A stretch of 64,000 nucleotides of DNA, from the NCBI RefSeq assembly GCF_009914755.1, contig NC_060929.1. One strand, 5' to 3'. The DNA is from the human T2T-CHM13v2.0 reference genome, Homo sapiens. Below are positions 1 through 16,097 of this stretch, one piece after another (position 1 is the first letter of the stretch; each line of letters opens with the position of its first letter). Both the position numbers and the translations under genes were made by a program. The notes under the pieces are model-generated. The model worked only from the letters and a program-made list of their open reading frames with translations, had not been told where the DNA came from and did not search any database.

Positions 1-262
<262 letters not shown>

Positions 263-1939
263 CAATCAACAAATGTTTACTGAGCATCTACCATGGACCA
301 GGCCCTAGTCTGGGCACTGAGGGGGAGAAAGGACAAGACTACATTCCAGCCATCGAGCAGCTCACAGACCAATGGAGGAGGCTGACGTGGACAGGCTGTT
401 ACTGTGCTGCAGTAGCTGAGGACTCGATGGGTGTGGTGTGGCCACTCTTGCCAGGTTATGAAGCAGAAAAGGAGGCAGGGAGATTTCACTGAGGGCTCAA
501 GGGGAGGTGATAATTTAACTACAGCTTACGTACTCTATACAAAGAAGTGCAGAGGGCACTCTAAAAATGGGAACAACTTGTGCAAAGGAAGCAAATACAT
601 TATTGCAAAGGGTTTATATGTCAACCATGGTAGTGTTGGGCAAAAGGTAACAGGATCTGCTATGTGTTTCGGAGGGTCATCCTGGTGGATAATTTCTGTA
701 TATGTGAGACCTTGGGGAGGAAGGCTTAGGACCAGTGGACATGAAATTTCAATCTATTAATCATGAAGTTTGTCAAAGACAAACACAATTCCTTGCGCCT
801 GGTGAAGATGACTGACTGATTCAGGCAGAGTGGCTTGCTCTAGACAGACTGAATTAACCTCCTGCATTTTTTGGATAGAATACCCACGAACAGTTCTGTT
901 TTCTCAGTTCATTTATTTTACTTTTAAAAATTTGGCCAGGTGATTTGGCTCACACCTGTAATCCCAGTGCTTTGGGAGGCCAAGGCAGGTGGATCACTTG
1001 AGGCTAGGAGTTCGAGACCAGCCTGGCCAAAATGGCGAAACCCCGTCTTTACTAAAAATACAAAAATGAAAAAAAAAAAAGCCAGGTGTGGTGGTGCACC
1101 TGTAATACCAGCTACTTGGGAGACCAAGGCATAAGAATTGCTTGGACCCGGGGGGTGGAGGTTGCCAGTGAGCCAAGATAGCACCACTGTATTCCAGCCT
1201 GGGCAACAGAGCGAGACCGTCTACAAAAAAAAAAAAAAAAATTACTGAGTTAATCACACTCCTCAGTTCATGATACATTTAACTGGTCCATGCAGGGCCT
1301 TTTTCTCCTTTGTATTTATATTCCCTTTTGTCCCTATTCTTCCCCTCTCTTCTCACCACAGGAAACCATTCTGATGTGTTTGGTGTATATCTTCTTTTTG
1401 TTTTTTGTTTTTTTGAGACAGGGTCTCACTCTGTTGCTCAGGCTGGAATGCAGTGGCATAATCATGGCTGACTGCAGCCTTGACCTCCCGGGCTCAAGCA
1501 ATCCTCCGTCCCACCTCAGCCTTCTGAGGAGCTGGGACCACAGGCGTGTGCCACCATGCCCAGGTAAATTTGCCGTGTTGCCCAAGCTAGTCTCAAACTC
1601 CTGAGCTCAGCAGTCTGCCTGCCTTGACCTCCCAAAATGCTGAGATTACAGGTGTGAGCCACTGCTCCCAGCCTATATGCATATACTTTTAATTTACATA
1701 AATGGATTCTGCCTAGACCTCATTTTTTTCCACCTCAGTGCCATGTGTGGAGCTTGTCGATGTTGCTCTGGGTATATTTGGGATGCAGTTTCTAAATGCT
1801 CCACAGGTTTCCATAGATGCATCCCCCACATTTTACTTACTTGATTCCTCTAGTGATGAGGTCCCTAGATTGTTTCCCACTCCTTGCTACAATGCAATCC
1901 CGTACCCATCTCCTTCCTCAGCTTTGTAAATAGAATTTT

Positions 1940-1977
1940 ATCGCTTCTCAGCCTTTTCGCTGAGATCAAGTGTAGTA
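1940..1977 (+). pseudogene. 3'-truncated U2 snRNA retrocopy (U2 nt 1-38)
   Basis: atcgcttctcagccttttcgctgagatcaagtgtagta matches recalled U2 5' end ATCGCTTCTCGGCCTTTTGGCTAAGATCAAGTGTAGTA at 35/38; flanked by direct repeat gtaaatagaattt / gtaaatacaattt. Confidence 0.9.
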
Positions 1978-2329
1978 AATACAATTTCAAGATGCTGATT
2001 TGAGCTTGGCTTTGATAAGCCTGGTAGCTCTTGGTGTCTGACAGGGCCGGATTGTTTGACCTTCATGAGGTCCTGGCTTTTTTGAGCCATGTTTATTTTT
2101 GATAAATTGTGATTCTAGTTCCCAGACACTCTTGGCCAACATTCTAGTGTCCTGCCATCTTCCCCAGTTGATCATTCTCACGAGCTCTGTGGTTAATTTT
2201 CTGTTTCTCATCATCATTAATGGTTGCTGTACACTCATTCCAACACAGATATTTGCTCTTTCCTTTCCTGGTGAAACAGTGGCCTGTGAAGCTGGTCCTG
2301 GGAGTACCTGTGATGTGAAGTACGTAGAG

Positions 2330-2590
2330 AAGGACTCTGAGGCCAGAGCCAGACTGTCTGGCTTCAGTTCAGTTCCCAGCTCCTCCACTTCCCAGACGCC
2401 TGACCTTGGGCAACTGATTTAATCTTTGTGTCTCATTTTCTCATCTGCAAAGTGGGTCTAATCATTGTACCTACCTCATAGTGTTTTCGTGAGCATTAGG
2501 TAAATGAATTAATGTATGCAAAGTCATTAGAACGGTGCCTGGCACATAACAGGCTCCTATTTGGAATGTCAGCTGTTAATAATAGCAATA
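2330..2590 (+). mobile_element. MIR SINE
   Basis: Core motifs tgaccttgggcaa, ctcattttctcatctgcaaagtggg, gtacctacctcatag, gtgcctggcacata; boundaries approximate. Confidence 0.75.
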
Positions 2591-3589
2591 ATAATAATTA
2601 CGTCATTTCAGATAGGAGACCCTGTTATATTTTGCCATAATGGGTCACATTCAGTTGCAGGGTGTTTGTTCAGAGGGGATGGTGGGGGGTGGGTGGCATA
2701 GCTTCTGGACTCTCTGACTATAGATTCCAGCGTAATAGCATTAGCTGTAAGGAAAAAGGGAAGAAACACAGCCCCCAAGGCCCTGGGTGCCTTTTCACTG
2801 TCACTTGTTGCCTGTCAGGTTGGGAGACAGTGGCTACAGATGGGTCAAGGTGCTGAGGCCGGGACTCATGCTGGTGGGAATGAGGGAATGAGTGAAGAGA
2901 GCCTGTGAAACTGGGAGGATCTTGGTGGTCACCTTGGACATAGGATTCTCTTTCTCTTTGATGTTCCTCTGTACCCTTCTTGAGAATGGGCATTGGGCTA
3001 GATCAGCTCTGTCACTGACATTCTGAGGTTTGCCCACGTGTTCAGTGTCAAAGGCTGCTCTGAAATGGAAAGGAGCAGTGGCCCAGGGTAGAAAGGACAC
3101 AGAAGGAAGCCCCAGTGGTAGGGAGAGGAGATAGGACAAGAAAAGTCAACTTTCTTTCAATGGTATAATGAGGAGGGAAGGTTGTGTTGCAGCAAGAGAG
3201 GTTCTGGTCTGGTGGGGGAGGCAGGCCCAGTGACCAAAACTGAAATAGAAGGGTGCAAAGTGAGAGTAGAGGGAGCTAGGTGGGCACAGGCTAGAGACAG
3301 CTGCTGAAGACGCTGACGTCTGAGCTAACTCAGAAGTGATGGGCCAGCCTCTCAAGTAGTCGAGGAGGTAAGGGTGATGGAGAGCAGGCCAGGTGAGGAA
3401 GCAGCATGTACCAGGGCACGCAGCTATGAGACAGCAAGGGTTCTGTGCCTGTCCTCGGGTGTGCGGCGGGTGAGGGTGAGGCAGGAGTGCTGGGCAAGTC
3501 CGTCAGGCCAGCATGGTTGGCAGTTATTCCCCAAGCTGTGTTTCCAAATATCAGCCACTCAAGGACGGCCTTTATGGTTTATGTTACTA

Positions 3590-3790
<201 letters not shown>

Positions 3791-4370
3791 TTAGACAGGT
3801 GTAGAAGCACACTCCTGTGGTCCCAGCTAGTCAGGAGGCTAAAGTGGGAGAATCCCTTGGGCCTGGGGGGATCAAGGTTGCCATGAGCTGAGTTTGTGCC
3901 ACTGCACTCTAGCCAGGGCAACAGAACAAGAGCCTGTCTCAAAAAAAAAAAATACATACGTGTAATATGACATTATGCAGTATATGGATTTCTAGTTAGA
4001 TAGTATTGCCAGCTAAGGGCTCTGTGAGGCCTGCTCTCTATTCTGATTTAAAAGGGAGATGAACAAAAATTAAGGCATGAAAAGAGTTGAAAATGGAATA
4101 ATAATTTTCTCACCATGATTAAGAAAAACCTCGTCCTCACACCAGCCTGCATCCTCCACTGGGCACCCCAGTGGAGTGAGGAGATGGGATGTTATATGCT
4201 TACCAAAACATAGGTACATATATACATATATGTACAAAACATATAACATTGATACATGATGTGGGAATGGTGAGAGGGATCTGAAGAGGTGGTCTGGGCA
4301 CCCTGCCTGCCATGCCACCGTGGCCCAGATGGGGCCTGACCCAGCTGACCCTCCCCAGGCTGAGGCCACC

Positions 4371-4509
4371 ATGGAGCAGTGTGCGTGCGTGGAGAGAGAG
4401 CTGGACAAGGTCCTGCAGAAGTTCCTGACCTACGGGCAGCACTGTGAGCGGAGCCTGGAGGAGCTGCTGCACTACGTGGGCCAGCTGCGGGCTGAGCTGG
4501 CCAGCGCAG
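4371..4509 (+). CDS. RMND5B: RMND5B coding exon 1/9 (CTLH/GID E3 ligase RING subunit); exon begins at 4359
   Basis: Kozak gccaccATGg; [33 protein letters not shown]...; acceptor ctccccag ends 4358; donor gt at 4510. Confidence 0.96.
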
Positions 4510-4768
4510 GTGGGTGGCCACCCTTGCAAGTGCCCTGCGACAGCCTCCCTGAGGACATGGGAGACCCGAAGCTACTGAGTGACAGGGTTCCGGAAGGACG
4601 ATGATGAGGATGTTGGTACCTGCATCTGTAGGCCTCCTTGAAACCGGGTAATGACAGTCTCTGAGCTACTTCAAAAAGCCCAACAAATTATTAATTTACC
4701 TGAGATGATTCCCATTTACATTTTGTTTTCAACTTACTTTTCTATTTTTAACTTTTTTTCATTTTATA

Positions 4769-4770
<2 letters not shown>

Positions 4771-4805
<35 letters not shown>
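4771..4805. repeat. (TG)n microsatellite
   Basis: Pure TG run adjoining an Alu fragment. Confidence 0.95.
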
Positions 4806-4808
<3 letters not shown>

Positions 4809-4929
4809 AACAGTGTCTTTGTTGCCTAGGCTGGTCTTTAACTCCTAGGGGCTCAAGTGATCCTCCTGCCTCAGCCTCCCAAAGTGCTGGAATTATATGT
4901 GTGAGCCACCATGCCTGGCCTATTTTTAG

Positions 4930-8500
<3,571 letters not shown>

Positions 8501-8841
8501 CTGGCAGTTAAACAGAATCCTATGCATGCTGTAGTCCATGAGTTGAAATAAACACTTGACCCATAGTAAGTGCCAGATCATCTTCATTTCACAGCAACCA
8601 GTAATTTCACAGATGAGGAAATGAAGGCTCCCAGAGGTGAACTGGCTTTTCCCATTTGAGCAGTTCCAAGTCAGACAGTTAAAAAGTGGCAGGACCTGGA
8701 AGAGAAGCTAGTTCTTTCACCCTGGCATTCAGGGCTGCCTCCTGGGCTACGGGGCTGGCATTTAGAATAGAGCTAAGGTCTGCTGCCAAGGCAGGTGCCC
8801 CAGTCTGCCTCCTCTGTGTCCTTATTCCACTTTCTCTGCAG

Positions 8842-8987
8842 CCCTCCAGGGGACCCCTCTCTCAGCCACCCTCTCTCTGGTGATGTCACAGTGCTGCCGG
8901 AAGATCAAAGATACGGTGCAGAAACTGGCTTCGGACCATAAGGACATTCACAGCAGTGTATCCCGAGTGGGCAAAGCCATTGACAGG
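8842..8987 (+). CDS. RMND5B: RMND5B coding exon 2/9
   Basis: tttctctgcag| ... GACAGG|gtgagc; [48 protein letters not shown]; phase consistent. Confidence 0.95.
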
Positions 8988-9110
8988 GTGAGCACGTGGC
9001 CGGCTCCAGGCGTGGGGTGGGAGCACCCTGAAGCTGGGATGTACAAGGACTCGAAGGAGAGCCAGCAAGAGTGCCCGCATCACCAGGCCCTGTCTCTCCT
9101 CCTTCGTCAG

Positions 9111-9251
9111 AACTTCGACTCTGAGATCTGTGGTGTTGTGTCAGATGCGGTGTGGGACGCGCGGGAACAGCAGCAGCAGATCCTGCAGATGGCCATCGTG
9201 GAACACCTGTATCAGCAGGGCATGCTCAGCGTGGCCGAGGAGCTGTGCCAG
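9111..9251 (+). CDS. RMND5B: RMND5B coding exon 3/9 (LisH region)
   Basis: ttcgtcag|AAC ... TGCCAG|gtacag; [12 protein letters not shown]...[19 protein letters not shown]. Confidence 0.95.
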
Positions 9252-9884
9252 GTACAGTCGGGCTGGGCGGGCGCAACAACCTGCCTGCTCTGCCTTTCAC
9301 CTGCTAGTTTTCACTGTATGAAGTCCCTACCATTCTCAAATCCATTTATTTCCTAAAGGAAATCAGCACCTCTGCCAGAAGCAGAAGGTAGCTTTAAAAA
9401 CATATATGATGAAAAGAGAAGTTACTCATTTTTAGTTAGAGTTGGTTGCCAGCCAGGGCTCTGAGCTGAGGCCTCATATCCCTTTATTGAAAAGGGAGCT
9501 GAGTGAAATGACAAAGTAGTACTTGTTAGGTGTTAAAGACACACTGGTGGTAAAAGTAAAGATTTTCCCTACTGTACTAGGAGGATTGAAGAGGAGTAAT
9601 TTTCTCGCCATGCAACTCAGTGCGTAGCCTGGGGACTGTCTCCACTGCTACGGTTGTGGGGTGGGGTCTGCAGTCTGCACTCGAGGTCAGCATGTCATAC
9701 TCAGCCTCCCCAGGACTGAGATGGGAACAAGAGAGGCCCAAGTGGCTGGCAGGAGACCAAGCTCCTCAAGCAAAGCCCAGCTCTCTGGCCTGTCTTTGGC
9801 GGGTGAGCTTTTATTATGTGCATAGCAGAGAACTTTGGAAACACCATCTTCCAGTGGTGGGATCTCTTCTCTCTCTCCTTGTAG

Positions 9885-9985
9885 GAATCAACGCTGAATG
9901 TGGACTTGGATTTCAAGCAGCCTTTCCTAGAGTTGAATCGAATCCTGGAAGCCCTGCACGAACAAGACCTGGGTCCTGCGTTGGA
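9885..9985 (+). CDS. RMND5B: RMND5B coding exon 4/9 (CTLH region)
   Basis: ccttgtag|GAATCA ... TTGGA|gtaagg; ESTLNVDLDFKQPFLELNRILEALHEQDLGPAL. Confidence 0.95.
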
Positions 9986-10199
9986 GTAAGGAGGCCCTTG
10001 GGTGGGCCAGCAGCACTCTGCTTCGACCTCTCAGGGCACAGGGCTTGACTGTGGTCTTCATTTCACCCAGATGTACTTGACTTGCCTGCAGCCCTGTCTC
10101 AAGAGCCTCACACAGGCTTTTGGGGCCCTCCTCTCAGGTGCTGGCTCTCAGGTCCTAGCCCCCACCAGCTCTACACTAAACTGGCCCCTTTCTTCCCAG

Positions 10200-10366
10200 A
10201 TGGGCCGTCTCCCACAGGCAGCGCCTGCTGGAACTCAACAGCTCCCTGGAGTTCAAGCTGCACCGACTGCACTTCATCCGCCTCTTGGCAGGAGGCCCCG
10301 CGAAGCAGCTGGAGGCCCTCAGCTATGCTCGGCACTTCCAGCCCTTTGCTCGGCTGCACCAGCGGG
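10200..10366 (+). CDS. RMND5B: RMND5B coding exon 5/9
   Basis: cttcccag|A ... CGGG|gtgagt; [29 protein letters not shown]...FARLHQR. Confidence 0.95.
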
Positions 10367-11319
10367 GTGAGTGCCCAGGCAGCTGGGGTTGTGCTGCCTG
10401 GCCTGACACATGTCTGGATGTGGTAGGTTACATCAGGCTGCCAGTCCCTGCACCCATGTGGGGCTGTCTGTTACACAGATGCCTCTCCCCAACTAGAAAC
10501 TTCTCTGACCCCTCGTGTCCAGGATGAACTCTAGACTCCTCCTCTCTCACATCTGCCATACCTTTAGTTTATAGCTTCAGCGCAGACCACCCAGGGTCCT
10601 CGTGCCTGCTATGCGCCACACCACACTCATTTAGAGCATGCCATGCCCGTCCCACCTGTTCTGCCTCGTATGCCTCCCTGACCTGTGTGGCCTATGGAAA
10701 AGTCCTTTAAGAAAAAAAAAAAGGCCAGGCGCGGTGGCTCACGCCTGTAATCCCAATATTTTGGGAGGCCGAGGTGGGCGGATCATGAGGTCCATCTTGG
10801 CTAACATGGTGAAACCCCATCTCTACTAAAAATACAAAAAAAATTAGCTGGGCGTTGTGGCGGGCGTTTGTAGTCCCAGCTACTAGGCTGAAGCAGGAGA
10901 ATGGCATGAACCCGGGAGGCGGAGCTTGATCGCGCCACTGCACTCCAGCCTGGGTGACAGAGCGAGACTCCGTCTCAGAAAAAAAAAAAAAGACTTGTCT
11001 GGGTGCGATGGCTCATGCCTGTAATTGCAGCACTTTGGGAGGCCAAAGCAAAGGGCGGATCACTTGAGCTGGAGACCAGCCTTGGCAACATGGGGAACCC
11101 CTGCCCCTGCTCCCATCTCTACAAAAAATAAAATAAAAAAGACTCAGTTGAGCACTCTTCCTGTCATGCTAGAATTTCCAAACCTGGAATCTGAGTCTCA
11201 CCTATGCTTACAAGTAGTAACCTGTACTAACTTGTTTTTTTAGTTCCACCTCATATTTATTATTTTAAATTTTATCTCAAAATAAATATGAAAACCAAGC
11301 CATGATTTATTATTTATTT

Positions 11320-12030
<711 letters not shown>

Positions 12031-12372
12031 TAAATGGAGATTAGTGTGGAGACACCAGTGCCAACCTGAGGACTTATTTGATCCTTGATGCAGTGGGGGA
12101 GGAAAGAGAACTGGAAAAGAACTGTCCTCATTCCTGATTCTGTGTTAGTAATGCCTGTTCTCATCCTGCAGAAGCAGCCTGGACTTCCACCTCCCCAGTG
12201 GATTTTACAGTCAAATTTGCCTGAGGGCATTTTCATCCCTGCTCAGTCTCCTCAGGGGCTTGGGAGCCACCGGGCTCAGCATATTGTGCTGTGCTGCACA
12301 GTCCTGCTGCCCGCTTGGGGGTGGACCCAGAGCCCTGCACCCCCTGAGCTGCCCCCTCTGGTTGCCTTGTAG

Positions 12373-12538
12373 AGATCCAGGTGATGATGGGCAGCCTGGT
12401 GTACCTGCGGCTGGGCTTGGAGAAGTCACCCTACTGCCACCTGCTGGACAGCAGCCACTGGGCAGAGATCTGTGAGACCTTTACCCGGGACGCCTGTTCC
12501 CTGCTGGGGCTTTCTGTGGAGTCCCCCCTTAGCGTCAG
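12373..12538 (+). CDS. RMND5B: RMND5B coding exon 6/9 (CRA region)
   Basis: ccttgtag|AG ... GTCAG|gtacaa; [54 protein letters not shown]. Confidence 0.95.
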
Positions 12539-13791
12539 GTACAACCCAGCCCTGTGAGGGCAGCACAGGTGGGAGGGTAGAGAGGTAATCATCATTTGCC
12601 AAGGCCCTGCCATGTGCCAGGAACAGTGCTCGGTGCTTTCAGAGACCGAAACTGGCTTTCTTAGTCATTCTTCAGGAGAGGAATTACCTGTTTTTACAGT
12701 TAAACTGAGACTAGGAAGAGTTATGGCCCGAGGTCACCATGAGGTCAGTGGCATGGTCAAGGTTCCCATTTTGTAAGGTCTCCTGAATGAGGTCCCTGCC
12801 TCTCTTGCACCTCACCCTGGATCATTGCAAGACCTTCCCAGCTAACCCACGCCCCTCTGCAGCCCGCCTTCCTCATGACCTAATGTCTTAAACACCACTT
12901 GCCTTCAGGGGAGATGTGAGTGGTTGAGTAATATGTATTCAGCACTGCTGCTGACACCTCCCTCAGAGCTCCCAGCAACCCTGGGAGGGAGAGCCACGTT
13001 ATCCTCCTTCTACAGATGAGGAAATGGAGGCCCAAGATGTGCACGCACTTGCCCAAGGCCTCGCAGGGAATAATGGGCACTTGAACCTGACCCCAGAGCC
13101 ACACACTCCGCCACAGTGGACAGCTGTCACTGTGTATTTAGACTGTTGATGGTGTCTGAGTACAGCACCTCAATATAGTGGACTGATTCTACGCTCATCT
13201 GATTTGTTACCATGGACTCAGTTTATAGAACGTCATTTCCCAGCAAGAACAACATCAGCACCTTAGGATGATTCTGTTGCGCAGGACTACCCTGTGCACT
13301 GTGGGGTATTCAGCACCTGAGGTTCCAGCCAGTAGGCTCCCTTCCCCATGCAACTGTCACGAGAAGGGAACCCCAACCTCCATTTGTTAGGCGGCCTAGT
13401 TGATAGCCACCATTATAAAGATGTGTTATGACTACACAGCAGGGTACGTCCTACAGGCAGGCTGGGGCCCTTTGGAACTGCTCACTGTTCCCTAGTCACA
13501 CCAAGGACTTTTCAGTCATTAGGATGAGCAGATATCTGCCCCTAGAGCTATAGGAAGTCTTCCCTGTAGGTTCTCAAATTTTGGGGTGCATTAGAATGAG
13601 TCTGTAGAGTCAGACATACATAAGTACATATGTGACATCTTATGAACAATGTGAGGGATCTTTGAGGACCGATTTGACCGTGCACCATTTTAGAGCCCTG
13701 TCTCAAGGTCCATGCTGAAGCATGGCGCGCTGGCCCTTTTTGCCTGTCTGCTGTGATCTGAGCCACTCTAGCCCCTGTTCCTTGTCTGCAG

Positions 13792-13894
13792 CTTTGCCTC
13801 TGGCTGTGTGGCGCTGCCTGTGTTGATGAACATCAAGGCTGTGATTGAGCAGCGGCAGTGCACTGGGGTCTGGAATCACAAGGACGAGTTACCG
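13792..13894 (+). CDS. RMND5B: RMND5B coding exon 7/9
   Basis: gtctgcag|C ... TTACCG|gtgagg; [34 protein letters not shown]. Confidence 0.95.
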
Positions 13895-13987
13895 GTGAGG
13901 CCTGGTCTGGGGAATCGTGGGCAAGAGGTACTGGGGAGGACAGCCATGACAGGAAGTGGAACTCACCCGCTTCGCTGCCCTTCCCAG

Positions 13988-14142
13988 ATTGAGATTGAAC
14001 TAGGCATGAAGTGCTGGTACCACTCCGTGTTCGCTTGCCCCATCCTCCGCCAGCAGACGTCAGATTCCAACCCTCCCATCAAGCTCATCTGTGGCCATGT
14101 TATCTCCCGAGATGCACTCAATAAGCTCATTAATGGAGGAAA
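13988..14142 (+). CDS. RMND5B: RMND5B coding exon 8/9 (degenerate RING)
   Basis: cttcccag|ATT ... GGAAA|gtaagt; [51 protein letters not shown]. Confidence 0.96.
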
Positions 14143-14227
14143 GTAAGTTCCCCGTGCTGTACTCCACCTTGGCTTGGCTCTCCTACTGGCCACCCCTGAG
14201 ACGTTCTCGGTTCTCCTCCCTTTGCAG

Positions 14228-14291
14228 GCTGAAGTGTCCCTACTGTCCCATGGAGCAGAACCCGGCAGATGGGAAACGCATCATATTCTGA
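14228..14291 (+). CDS. RMND5B: RMND5B coding exon 9/9, stop TGA; 3' UTR follows
   Basis: tttgcag|G; LKCPYCPMEQNPADGKRIIF*; the nine exons sum to 1182 nt = 393 aa + stop. Confidence 0.96.
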
Positions 14292-15735
14292 TTCCTACCT
14301 GGAAGGAATTTTGTTGAAAGGGGTTTTCACCTGTGAGCCTTGGTCTGTCTCGGTAGGGTGGTCAACTTCAGTGGACTGTGGTTGGTTTCAGAGCGCCTGG
14401 CTGAGGAGTTCCACTGAGGGGAGCACTGGAGCAGCCCTTTGGCAGAGGCTGAGGAGGGAGATGGACCAGCCCACGCCTGGCACCTGGCTCCATGGCATAA
14501 GGAAAGGGAGATGCTGGCCTCTGTGCTCCTGCTGTCTTTTCCTGTTTCTGTTTGCGTTTGACTTAGTAGCAACCGACAGAGTGGCAAGGGATTTGGTCTT
14601 CAGCAGTAGACATCCTTCCACCCCTGCCCTCAGCCAAGTCTCTTGCTGCCATGCCAATGCTATGTCCACCCTTGCCCCTCGGCCCAAGAGTGTCCAGCGG
14701 TGGCCCACCTCTTCCTCCCACTACAGCCTCAACAGTATGTACCATCTCCCACTGTAAATAGTCCCAGTTAGAACGGAATGCCGTTGTTTTATAACTTTGA
14801 ACAAATGTATTTACTGCCCTTCTCATTTCTCCTGGCCAACCTTTAGCCTCACTGACAAATTATGACCACATGTCTACCACACACAGGGACTGGGCACGGC
14901 CTGGTGGCTGCCGCAAACAAAAACATGGCCAGCAGGTATCCAGTGTCCAGGCAGGAAGAACACAACTTGCATCCCTGACTGCGGGGAGCTTAGATGTCAG
15001 ACCCCGGGCAAGGTGCTTTTACATATACCCATACCAGATCTTACTAACTCCATAGGAGAAATCCGTGTAATGGGATTCAGGAAAATGAAGTAACTTGCAC
15101 AACAGGGCTCACAGCTTAGAAAGGAGAGAGCTTGGAGTTTTAACCAGATCTGACCCTCAAGCCCAAGCTATTTCCAGTTTATTCCAGGGTGCCTGAACTT
15201 GGCTGTTATGTATACTGAGTCCTGTGCAGGGCCTCTGACAGCAGGAAGGGGCCCCAAGTCTAAAATACTTGAAGGGATTGGGTTACTAGGGCCATTATGT
15301 TAAGCAAGAGAGCTCGGGGGAATGCATTTTAGCTTCATATTCCTATTTAAAATGTGCTGTGTGGGTGGGTAAATTGCTTCCATAAGCTTCACAGTGGCAT
15401 TTAAGGCTCCTGGGTTAAGTTAGGAATGGGGGTGTTCCTGATGTGGGGGCTTTAGGCTTCCATGAAGTGGGTCTGGGCCCCCTGCCTTACCTCACAGCCC
15501 CCATCTACCCTGGAAGAGGGAGTTGAAAATGCTGGGATAGCAGCAGGATCAGTTCTCAGCTTGAGCCAAAGCACCCGGCCCTGGGCAGCTGAGCATCAGC
15601 ACAGAACCCTCTGAGTCCTTTGGGCTCTCTGCTGAGGAAGACTGCTTCACTCTTCCCGCCCACCAACTCGCTGGCCCAACCAGCAGCTGCTGCTTAAGAA
15701 AACACCCACAGACTCACCACATTTTAGTCTTAGCA

Positions 15736-15741
15736 TTTACT
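15736..15741 (-). promoter_or_regulatory. NHP2: Candidate NHP2 poly(A) signal (variant AGTAAA)
   Basis: tttact on +, about 230 nt past the stop; ACTAAA variant nearby at 15723-15728. Confidence 0.5.
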
Positions 15742-15971
15742 TTCCCCACCCCACATTCTTGGAACAGCCTTTAGTTCTACAGGAAATGGCACTGATGGAC
15801 AGAAGACTAGCATTACCTTCATGAAAGGGCTGTTAGAGCTGCCTGGGAAGAAGGCGTGCCTTGGGGAACTGGGAAGATGCCGTCAGTGTGGGTGGGCAGG
15901 AGGACAGCCAGTCGTCCTGCTGCCAGCCCAATAGCTTCCAGCGGCAGGTGCCCAGGTGCTACCGGAGCCCC

Positions 15972-16097
15972 TCATAGGGGTAGGGGCAGGGACTGCACCT
16001 CCTCCAGGCACTCATCGTAAGCCTCCTGGTACTCCTCATGGGGCTTGACCATTATCACACAGGTGGGGCGCTTGGAGCCTGCGGCTGCACCCAGGTC
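15972..16097 (-). CDS. NHP2: NHP2 exon 4 (H/ACA snoRNP and telomerase subunit, L7Ae family)
   Basis: ctgtag|GAC; DLGAAAGSKRPTCVIMVKPHEEYQEAYDECLEEVQSLPLPL*; four exons sum to 462 nt = 153 aa + stop. Confidence 0.96.
   Translation of the reverse strand, partial: DLGAAAGSKRPTCVIMVKPHEEYQEAYDECLEEVQSLPLPL

Noticed and set aside
14269-14757. 162-aa ORF overlapping the RMND5B stop
   Set aside because: Lies in the 3' UTR, shifted frame, no recognisable domain.
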